Assembly (NCBI RefSeq): GCF_000020225.1
Contig: NC_010655.1
Span: forward strand, 2,190,001-2,222,000
DNA: 32,000 bases
Direction: 5' to 3'
DNA from: Akkermansia muciniphila ATCC BAA-835
GTDB taxonomy: Bacteria; Verrucomicrobiota; Verrucomicrobiia; Verrucomicrobiales; Akkermansiaceae
Part shown: in pieces, positions 17,845-25,074 of the stretch
How the letters are laid out: each line of letters opens with the position of its first letter
How positions within the stretch are numbered: position 1 is the first letter of the stretch
The notes under the pieces: model-generated
What the model saw: the letters and a program-made list of their open reading frames with translations, nothing else
What the model was told of the DNA's origin: nothing
Databases searched by the model: none
Position numbers and translations under genes: made by a program

Positions 17845-20313
17845 ATGGCAAAACAAGTATTGCAGCGGCTCAGTTTTACGGCCGGGGAGCTGACCCCGTG
17901 GCTGGCCGGACGCGCCGACCTGGATCCCGTGTCCCGTGGCGCCTCCCGGCTGATAAATTTTCTGGTCAGCCCCTTCGGCGGTCTCCGGCGCAGGCCGGGA
18001 ACACGCCTGGTCGCCCGCGCGGGATGCCGGGAGGGCATGGTGAGGCTGGTTTCCTTCAAGTACTCCACGGGCGTGCAGTTCATGCTGGAAGTGGGGCGCG
18101 GCTACGTCCGGTATTTTAAAAATGGCGCGCTTCTGACGGATACGGAAGGCGGGGTGCTGGAAACGCTTACTCCGTGGAAGACGGATGAACAGGTAAGCAA
18201 CCTCCGGATGCAGCAGCTGAATGACGTGATTTACTGCGTGGAACCTTCTACGCCGCCTATGACGCTGGCCCGCTACGCAGACGATGACTGGCGGCTGGAA
18301 GCGTTGGAGTTTTCCGGAATTCCTTATGAGAGTTCCCTGTTGAATGCCGTGCGGCTGGAATGCCGCATGGTGCGGGAGGGGGGCGTCAACAGGCTGCTGG
18401 CGACGGCGGACGATGATGTATTCACTCCGGAAATGGAGGGAAAGGAGTTTCTGCGCATCACCAGGAAATATGGAGAAACCGTGGCGGAGGGAAACCAGAT
18501 GCCTTTTTACCATTTGACGACTCTGAGCCGGGATCTTTACAAGGGAGAGACTTTTTCCATGAACCGGGAGGACGGCTGGCGGCAGGCTTATACCTGCATC
18601 CGCGATTTCAGCCGGGAAAGCGACTACCAGGAAGGGGTGGACCGCCCGGAGAGGTACACGGCCTTTTTTGAAAAAGGGGCCGATGCCAGTACCCGCATTT
18701 ATGTCAACGGCGCGTGGACGTTGGAGACGACGGGGACCTGGGATGCGGAGTGGGAAATCTGCCGGGGGTATCCGGACGGCTCCAATTACCTTCCCAACCG
18801 TCCGGAATTAGTGTGGCATTCCGTGAAGAGCTTCCAGCAGAGGGAGGGGTTCCGGAATAATTTCACCCTGAGCGGCAATGAAGAGGAAATGTCCTACTAC
18901 AAAATCCGCCTCATGGCTTACAAGGACGGGTCTTCTGCGGGAACGCCCGTATTCCGCGCATCAGCCGGCTCCTTTAACCATGAAGTGGTGGTGGAGGAAT
19001 ATGTTTCCCCGCGCAGCGCCTATCTTGCGAGTGCCCTTCATCTGTCCTATCATACGCTGAGTGACTGTGATACCAATGACTGGTCTTTTGGTGCGTTCGG
19101 GGTCCGGAACGGTTATCCGTGCACGGTAGAGTTCCATCAGGGGCGGCTGTGGTTCGGAGGCACTCCTGGGCAGCCCCAGACGCTGTGGGCCAGCAGGGTG
19201 GATGATTTTTCCGCGTTTACGCCCGGCATTCCGGCGGATTCCCCCATGATTCTGACAATGGCCGCTTCCCAGCAGAACCGCATTTCCTGGATAGCTTCCC
19301 TCCGGGGGCTGATGATTGGAACCAGCGAGGGGGAATGGCGTCTGTCCGCCACCAATTCAGAAGGGTTGAATGCCTCTAATGCCGGATTTGAGCGCCATTC
19401 CGGCGTGGGGTCTGCCTCCCTGGATGCCCTGTCTGTAGAAAACAGCCTTCTTTTTGTGCAGCAGGGCGGGATGAAGGTTCGGGAATTATTTTATTCTCTG
19501 GAGGCCGACGGTTACCAGACAAGGGATGTGAGCCTGTTGTCCGACCATTTGCTGGGGGAGGGAATTGTGGACTGGACTGTACAGAGGAGCACGGCGTTCC
19601 ATGTCTGGTGCGTTCTGGGTGACGGCAGCGCCGTATGCATGACTCTGAACAGGGAACAGAATGTGGTGGCGTGGCATGCACACCGCCTGGAACACGGCCG
19701 CATTCTGTCCGTGGCGTCCCTGCGCGGTTCCCGCAACACACCGGACGAGGAAGTATGGTTTGCCGTGGCGCGCGGGGAAGGGGAGGAGGCCTGCATTACG
19801 GTGGAATGCATGGCGGATGGGAATGCCTGCCTGGATGCCTGCACGGAGGCTGTCGTGAAGGGGGAGACGCTGTCCGGCCTGAGCCATTTGGCGGGATGCG
19901 GCGCCTTTCTGGTGGGCGGGGACGGCGCATGCATGGACATCAGCGTTGACGGAGCCGGGAATGCCGCCTGTCCCGGAAGGGGGGACGGGGAAACAGTATC
20001 CGTAGGCCTGGCCGCTCCGGCGGAAGTAAGGACGATGCCCCTGGAAACGCTTGAGACGCTGGGTTGCTTTAAAAAGCAGCTCGGTGCGCGCGTCCTGCTT
20101 CATGAAAGCACCCTGAAATTCCGCTACGGAACGGGAACTCCGGAGGCATGGAAGGATTTCCAGCCCGGCAGGTACGGTGTTTCCGAACCTTACTCCGGCT
20201 ATGTGCGGATGATTCACAACTATGGTATGGATGAGCAGTCTTCCTTTGCCCTCCGTGTGGAGACTCCGGCTCCATTTAACCTTCTGGCCCTGGTGCTGGA
20301 TGTGGAATTATAG
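17845..20313 (+). CDS. Large hypothetical protein resembling a podovirus tail-hub/nozzle protein (T7 gp12 / P22 gp10 class)
   Basis: GGTGAGGA lies 5 nt before the ATG at 17845. The N-terminus FTAGELTPWLAGRADLDPVSRGASRLINFLVSPFGGLRRRPGT resembles T7 gp12 (KGGISQQPDILRYPDQGSRQVNGWSSETEGLQKRPP). The central stretch WSFGAFG..VEFHQGRLWFGGTPGQPQTLWASRVDDFSAF..DSPMILTMAASQQNRISWIASLRGLMIGTSEGEWRL resembles gp12 (WPSFVG..FFFRNRLGFLSGENIILSRTAKYFNFYP..DDPIDVAVSTNRI..LLIWSDEAQFVL). The comparison is from memory only. Confidence 0.5.
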   Translation: MAKQVLQRLSFTAGELTPWLAGRADLDPVSRGASRLINFLVSPFGGLRRRPGTRLVARAGCREGMVRLVSFKYSTGVQFMLEVGRGYVRYFKNGALLTDTEGGVLETLTPWKTDEQVSNLRMQQLNDVIYCVEPSTPPMTLARYADDDWRLEALEFSGIPYESSLLNAVRLECRMVREGGVNRLLATADDDVFTPEMEGKEFLRITRKYGETVAEGNQMPFYHLTTLSRDLYKGETFSMNREDGWRQAYTCIRDFSRESDYQEGVDRPERYTAFFEKGADASTRIYVNGAWTLETTGTWDAEWEICRGYPDGSNYLPNRPELVWHSVKSFQQREGFRNNFTLSGNEEEMSYYKIRLMAYKDGSSAGTPVFRASAGSFNHEVVVEEYVSPRSAYLASALHLSYHTLSDCDTNDWSFGAFGVRNGYPCTVEFHQGRLWFGGTPGQPQTLWASRVDDFSAFTPGIPADSPMILTMAASQQNRISWIASLRGLMIGTSEGEWRLSATNSEGLNASNAGFERHSGVGSASLDALSVENSLLFVQQGGMKVRELFYSLEADGYQTRDVSLLSDHLLGEGIVDWTVQRSTAFHVWCVLGDGSAVCMTLNREQNVVAWHAHRLEHGRILSVASLRGSRNTPDEEVWFAVARGEGEEACITVECMADGNACLDACTEAVVKGETLSGLSHLAGCGAFLVGGDGACMDISVDGAGNAACPGRGDGETVSVGLAAPAEVRTMPLETLETLGCFKKQLGARVLLHESTLKFRYGTGTPEAWKDFQPGRYGVSEPYSGYVRMIHNYGMDEQSSFALRVETPAPFNLLALVLDVEL

Positions 20314-20327
20314 GCGCAGGAGTGCGT

Positions 20328-20609
20328 TTACGGCTGTTCAGCCGCCTCTTCATGGGAAAGCATATGCACAATGACCTTGATGCCGTGTTTTTCCCCAGCC
20401 GCCTTCGCCAGGGAACGAATGGCGGAGGCCGTCATTCCATTGCGGCCGATGATGCGCGCCACGTCCGTTTTTTCCAGAATCAGGCGGAAGCGGACGGCGT
20501 CTCCCTGCGGGGATTCCGCAACGCGCAATTCCGCCTGTTCCGGGTGTTGCACGAATTGCAGGGCGATCAATTGCAGGTACTGGCGGATTTGTTCTACGGC
20601 AGGATGCAT
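20328..20609 (-). CDS. KH-domain RNA-binding protein (YlqC/UPF0109 family)
   Basis: LQFVQHPEQAELRV...FRLILEKTDVARIIGRNGMTASAIRSL has the GxxG KH motif and the same layout as B. subtilis YlqC. Confidence 0.85.
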   Translation of the reverse strand: MHPAVEQIRQYLQLIALQFVQHPEQAELRVAESPQGDAVRFRLILEKTDVARIIGRNGMTASAIRSLAKAAGEKHGIKVIVHMLSHEEAAEQP

Positions 20610-20643
20610 GAAGGGAAATATGGGTTATTTTCATGAACCATAC

Positions 20644-20672
20644 TATAAAGCCGCCTGATTGAAAAGATGCAA
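20644..20672 (-). promoter_or_regulatory. Candidate sigma70-type promoter for the KH gene
   Basis: On the minus strand: TTGCAT (20672-20667), a 17-nt spacer, then TTTATA (20649-20644). It lies about 35 nt upstream of the ATG at 20609 and downstream of the terminator hairpin. Confidence 0.35.
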
Positions 20673-20700
20673 TTCCAGACATTCCCTGAAAAAGAAAGTC

Positions 20701-20725
20701 GCCCCGGCCGTAAAACGGCCGGGGC
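20701..20725 (-). terminator. Rho-independent terminator for the minus-strand methyltransferase gene
   Basis: Perfect 10-bp GC-rich stem GCCCCGGCCG / CGGCCGGGGC with a 5-nt loop. On the minus strand it is followed by GACTTTCTTTTTC. Confidence 0.55.
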
Positions 20726-20745
20726 GCCCCAACTACCCTATGAAA

Positions 20746-20776
20746 CTGGATCGGTTAAGATCCAGAGAGCTTTTTT
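20746..20776 (+). terminator. Plus-strand terminator-like hairpin with T-run
   Basis: 7-bp stem CTGGATC / GATCCAG with a 6-nt loop, then AGAGC and TTTTTT (20771-20776). No annotated plus-strand gene ends nearby. Confidence 0.4.
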
Positions 20777-20940
20777 AACGAGCGCTCACCTGCTCGAGGC
20801 GCAATATAGTGGAGGAAAAGGGGATACGCAAGTATTTTTTCATTGGAACGATGTTTTTGTTCAATGGAAATAGCATCGTATTTTTACTTCATTTTGACAA
20901 TATCGGGACCGGAGGAATGGTTATTGTTATTGTCATGAAA

Positions 20941-22125
20941 TCATCTTCCGGGAAGCAGTTCATACGTGAACCCCTTCAGGTATTCCGTTTCCGGAATATT
21001 CAATAAAACCGGATGATCCGCTCTTTGGCCGTGTTGCTGCATCAGACGCAGGGTGGCCGGAGCATCAATGGCGGCGTCAAGCACGCTCTCCCGGAACAGG
21101 TCCGCTCCGGCGTGGTGGGAACAGCAGAAGGTGGAAAGGATGCCTCCCGGGGCCAGAAGCTTCATGGCGCGGAGGTGGATTTCCTTATATCCGCGCATGG
21201 CGTCATGCACGGATTTTTTGTTTCTGGTAAAAGAGGGCGGATCCAGGATAATTAAATCCCATTTGTGTTCTCCTCCGTCCCGGACAAGGGCCGCTTCCTT
21301 TTTCAGGAAGTCAAACGCGTTATCCGTGACGCACTGCACGGAGACTCCGTTCAGGCGGGCGTTCCGCGCTACGGCGTCCATAGCATCCTGGGAAACGTCC
21401 ACGGCCGTTACCTCCGAGGCACCGGCAAGGGCGCAGGCCAGGGCGAAACCGCCCTGGTTGCAGAAGCAGTCCAGCACGCGGCGTCCGCGGGCGAAGCGAG
21501 CCACGGCGGCATAATTGTCAAGCTGGTCCAGATACAGGCCGGTTTTTTGTCCCGTCTGAAGGTCAATCATGAATTGCACGCTGCCGCTGCGTGCGGCAAA
21601 AGGTTCCGGTTGCTGTCCTCGTGCCACCCGGACGGAGGGGGAAATACCTTCTGCCGCCAGCATGGGTGAATCATTCCTGACAATAATCCCGCGGGGAGAA
21701 AGAAGGTCTTCCAAAACATTCAGGATGATGGGGAGGCGGCATTCCATGGCGATCGTCAGCGTCTGGACGACCAGATAATCCGCGTAACGGTCCACAATGA
21801 GGCCGGGAAGCCCGTCGGATTCGCTCCAAACGAGCCGGGTGAGAGTTTCTTCCGGAAGCCGGCGGCGGCGCAGTTCTACTGCCTGGCTGATGCGCCTGGA
21901 AAAGAAATCTCCGTTCAGTTCCTGTTTGCGGCGGGAAAAGCGCCTGGCGACGATCTGGGAATGGGGATTGAACATGGCGGAACCCAGAAAGCGGTCCTTG
22001 AAATCCTTCAGGGCCACGACGTCCCCCGGCTGCGGATTGCCGAAAATTTTGCGCACTTCCGTGCCGTAAACCCAGTCGTGCCCTTGAAAAATGCGTGCTC
22101 TTGGAGAAATAATCAAACCTGCCAT
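20941..22125 (-). CDS. PUA-domain class I SAM-dependent rRNA methyltransferase (RlmI-like), second paralogue
   Basis: Motifs GLPGLIVDRYADYLVVQT, GQKTGLYLDQLDNY, VLDCFCNQGGFA, ILDPPSF and FCCSHH. The ATG at 22125 was chosen. Confidence 0.85.
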   Translation of the reverse strand: MAGLIISPRARIFQGHDWVYGTEVRKIFGNPQPGDVVALKDFKDRFLGSAMFNPHSQIVARRFSRRKQELNGDFFSRRISQAVELRRRRLPEETLTRLVWSESDGLPGLIVDRYADYLVVQTLTIAMECRLPIILNVLEDLLSPRGIIVRNDSPMLAAEGISPSVRVARGQQPEPFAARSGSVQFMIDLQTGQKTGLYLDQLDNYAAVARFARGRRVLDCFCNQGGFALACALAGASEVTAVDVSQDAMDAVARNARLNGVSVQCVTDNAFDFLKKEAALVRDGGEHKWDLIILDPPSFTRNKKSVHDAMRGYKEIHLRAMKLLAPGGILSTFCCSHHAGADLFRESVLDAAIDAPATLRLMQQHGQRADHPVLLNIPETEYLKGFTYELLPGR

Positions 22126-22310
22126 GTCAGGAAAGGCAATACATGATCGGGGTGGAAAGTTCAAGGGTAATGCGGGCGGCTCCCAGAAAGGCCGTGGGAA
22201 GGGTGGAGGCCTCCGTTCCCTGGGATTTTTCGCGCAAGTACGCCGCTGTGCATCATTCCGGGACTATTTCGGTTGAAAATGCCCGGAAACGAAGTAAAAT
22301 AGGGCGCGTT

Positions 22311-23054
22311 ATGAAAGTAGAAACTTTTGAAACTCCCCAGGATGCTGCCAAGGCTTTGGCAGGAGAAGTTGCGGAATTGATCCGTACGCGCGCCGCTGAA
22401 GGCAAAAACGTGGTTCTTGGCCTTGCCACGGGCGCCACTCCGCTGCCTTTTTACGCGGAGCTGGTCCGCATGCATAAGGAGGAAGGCCTTTCCTTTGCCA
22501 ACGTGATTTCCTTCAATCTGGACGAATACAGCGGCTTGGATCGCGACCATCCGGAATCCTACTGGTACTTCATGCACACGAATCTTTTCAACCACATCGA
22601 CATCAAGCCGGAAAACATCAACCTGCCCTCCGGCACGGTGAAGGATGATGAAATTGCCGCCCACTGCGCCGCCTATGAACAAAAGATCAAGGATTGCGGC
22701 GGTATCGACCTCCAGATTCTCGGCATTGGCCGAACTGGCCATATCGGCTTTAACGAACCCGGCTCCGATGATACCACCGTCACCCGGCAGGTTCATCTGG
22801 ACGAACTGACCCGTTCCGATGCTGCTCCCGCTTTCGGCGGTATTGAAAATGTTCCCACCACCGCCATTACCATGGGCGTGGCTACCATCATGGGCGCCCG
22901 TGAAGTGGCTTTGATGGCCTGGGGAGAAAAGAAGGCGTCCATCGTGAAAAAGGCTGTTCAGGGGCCTGTGACGGTGGATGTGGCCGCCTCCTACCTTCAG
23001 AAGCATCCGAACGCCAAGTTTCTTCTGGACAAGGGGGCTGCTTCCCTCCTTTAA
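22311..23054 (+). CDS. nagB: Glucosamine-6-phosphate deaminase
   Basis: Motifs VVLGLATGATPLPFY, SFNLDEY and LQILGIGRTGHIGFNEPGS. The ATG at 22311 starts MKVETFETPQDAA. Confidence 0.92.
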   Translation: MKVETFETPQDAAKALAGEVAELIRTRAAEGKNVVLGLATGATPLPFYAELVRMHKEEGLSFANVISFNLDEYSGLDRDHPESYWYFMHTNLFNHIDIKPENINLPSGTVKDDEIAAHCAAYEQKIKDCGGIDLQILGIGRTGHIGFNEPGSDDTTVTRQVHLDELTRSDAAPAFGGIENVPTTAITMGVATIMGAREVALMAWGEKKASIVKKAVQGPVTVDVAASYLQKHPNAKFLLDKGAASLL

Positions 23055-23077
23055 TTTTACGTTTTAGTAACGGAAAT

Positions 23078-23116
23078 GCCGTCTTTCCCGGTTTCGTGGA
23101 AAGGCGGCGTTTTTTA
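23078..23116 (+). terminator. Rho-independent terminator of nagB
   Basis: 11-bp stem GCCGTCTTTCC / GGAAAGGCGGC (one G-U pair) with a 9-nt loop, followed by GTTTTTTAT. Confidence 0.7.
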
Positions 23117-23389
23117 TGGGGTGAAGGAAGGCGGAAGCTTCTTCTTTCCATGGAGGTTATATGGGAAATGCCGCCTATGCAGGCAAAAGGAGAGGGGTGG
23201 AGGTTGTGCGGGGAGGATTTTGTATCATCGTATGCTAATTCACACATCAGCGCAGCGTACGTTTCAAACTATTAACATGTATTGGCGGGCACTGGATGGC
23301 ATCCGCCATTTTTATTGGAGATAATCGGGGATTTTTCCTTCATCACGTCCGGGACGTGTTGTTGTTCTTCCTGGAATTCCTTATGTTCA

Positions 23390-23417
23390 TTTGAGAACTA
23401 AATGGTTAGTTCTCAAA
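23390..23417. promoter_or_regulatory. Perfect 12-bp inverted repeat (candidate operator or 5'-UTR hairpin) just upstream of the 545-aa gene
   Basis: TTTGAGAACTAA-ATGG-TTAGTTCTCAAA ends 19 nt before the ATG at 23437. A second palindrome, CACGTCC-G-GGACGTG, lies at 23344-23358. Confidence 0.5.
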
Positions 23418-23436
23418 CAGGAAACAATTCAGAAAC

Positions 23437-25074
23437 ATGAATAATTATATACCACTGAACAAGGCGGTCGGTCCGAAGCTTATCTGCGACGGGGAGCAGG
23501 CTCTCATCCCGCAGAAACTCGGAGTTGACGCGATGGAGTTCAACTTTGACGGTTCGGCGTGCGAACACGCCACTTGCGCCGGAGCGCCGGAAATGTTCAT
23601 CAAGGTCGAGGAAGACGGCCTGTATTATTTCGGCGTGGAAGCCGACGACACAGGCAGCATCTCCATTGCCAACGAGAAACTTTGTGAGAAGGATGGAACG
23701 AAGCCCAACGGCAAGCTGAATCTGGCAACGGGTGCCAGGTACCTGAAAGCTGGCTATTACAAGGTGGCCTTGTCTTACACGAATAATGCCTACACCCCCG
23801 TCAGCAACAACGCTGCCGCGTTCAATGTGACGATGGACAGGGAACCCATTCAGGAAGGGAAGTACGAAGGCAACTCGACGATGAAACGCGAATTCTCACC
23901 GTCCCCCAAAATCAAATTGTGGACGATTGAAAAGGAATCCACCATTACCTGTGAAGAGTCCAGGAAAGTGGAGGTGACGCTCGAAGAACCTGCTCCTGTC
24001 GTTGAAGAAAGCGAAGGCATATGCGAAACGTATATCATTCCCCCCCAGATTTTTGTAACGGCTTGCAAGGATGAAGTGCTCGACGAGTGGAGACTGCGCG
24101 TGCAGCAAGTTTCCGCCGGTTCCAGGATTCTCTTGCGCACGGGAGGATACAGGGATGCCCTTAAAAATCCCCCTGTCACCGAAGAAGAAGCTATAGATGC
24201 TGTCAATGAAATGAACCGTTACCAGTCTCATAGACTCGGCGCATGGCATACTCAGGAGGCATCCCTCGCCCACGAGGAACACCACCGCCGAGAATTTAAT
24301 GACGCCTTCCAATTCTACTGGGACAATTTGAGAATACAGGATACGCTTGAAATGAAGCATGAATCCTGTGAAAAAGTTCCGAAAATGGAAGAGTTTCTGG
24401 AAAATATGCAGCCATTCGTTACCGAGTTGAGGAATATGTATTCTGACGCTGTCTATAACTATGTCTTGGTATTGCCGGATGATGCCAATGATCGTCCCTA
24501 CTGTGCCGGACAAAAAGTTCTGAACGAGGCGACCCGGAAGATTATTGCCCAGGCAAAGACCAATGGATGGAGCAGGGTACCTGATGAAGTCACGGAACCG
24601 GGAACGATTGAACCGCCCTGTTTCCTTCCGCCCGTCAACGGCATGTATGCCCGCAGCGTGGCTGCTGCGGGGGAACAGGCTCCCTTGACCCTCTCCATTG
24701 CGGATACCTCCCGATTCAGGGAGGGCAGAATCACAGTCCGCTTCCGCAACGAAGGAAACGAGCCTGTCCGGATTCCGGACGAAATCAACGACGAAACAGC
24801 CGATTATTTCTTCCTGACGGTGTTGAGGACGGAACGGGGGAACTTCCGCGTCCTGAACAGGAAAGTCGGGAAAATAACCTTCAATCGTTCCTTGAACTAC
24901 CGGGAACTGGCCCCCGGCCAGGAATACAGCGTCACGATTCCGGTATGCCTGGATGAAGTCGATCTGGAAGGCTGGAAACAATGTTCTTGTGAACTGGAAA
25001 CGCGCTACTATAATCAGCAGGGTAAGGATTGTTTCCTGGGGAAGCTCCGGGCGACGGCCAAACTCGCGCTGTGA
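23437..25074 (+). CDS. Hypothetical 545-aa protein: PA14-like N-terminal domain, central region with an HEEHH (HExxH) motif, C-terminal beta-rich domain; no signal peptide
   Basis: Long ORF in an A+T-richer insert. PA14-like pattern EDGLYYFGVEADDTGSISIANEKL...YLKAGYYKVALSYTNN. HEEHH lies at aa 279-283 (nt 24271-24285). The C-terminal domain (aa ~415-545) is similar to the next gene product. Confidence 0.8.
   Translation: MNNYIPLNKAVGPKLICDGEQALIPQKLGVDAMEFNFDGSACEHATCAGAPEMFIKVEEDGLYYFGVEADDTGSISIANEKLCEKDGTKPNGKLNLATGARYLKAGYYKVALSYTNNAYTPVSNNAAAFNVTMDREPIQEGKYEGNSTMKREFSPSPKIKLWTIEKESTITCEESRKVEVTLEEPAPVVEESEGICETYIIPPQIFVTACKDEVLDEWRLRVQQVSAGSRILLRTGGYRDALKNPPVTEEEAIDAVNEMNRYQSHRLGAWHTQEASLAHEEHHRREFNDAFQFYWDNLRIQDTLEMKHESCEKVPKMEEFLENMQPFVTELRNMYSDAVYNYVLVLPDDANDRPYCAGQKVLNEATRKIIAQAKTNGWSRVPDEVTEPGTIEPPCFLPPVNGMYARSVAAAGEQAPLTLSIADTSRFREGRITVRFRNEGNEPVRIPDEINDETADYFFLTVLRTERGNFRVLNRKVGKITFNRSLNYRELAPGQEYSVTIPVCLDEVDLEGWKQCSCELETRYYNQQGKDCFLGKLRATAKLAL

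Noticed and set aside
17845-20313. Interpreting the region around the nozzle-like gene as a prophage.
   Set aside because: No integrase, terminase, portal, capsid, lysis gene or att-like repeat is visible in the flanking ~15 kb on either side. The neighbours are housekeeping genes, and there is no visible compositional break.
22195-22225. The GGAGGCCTCC palindrome with flanking GGGAA/TTCCC in the divergent promoter region upstream of nagB, considered as a possible NagC-type operator.
   Set aside because: It is short and GC-rich, which is easy to get by chance in this composition. It has no resemblance to known NagC/NagR boxes that I can recall, and there is no second copy in the window.
24040-24046. 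A poly-C tract (7 C) inside the 545-aa gene, considered as a possible slipped-strand phase-variation switch.
   Set aside because: Comparable C-runs occur in ordinary genes here (GH20 at 14014-14020 and tlyA near 26945). This tract simply encodes Pro-Pro, and 7 nt is short for efficient slippage.
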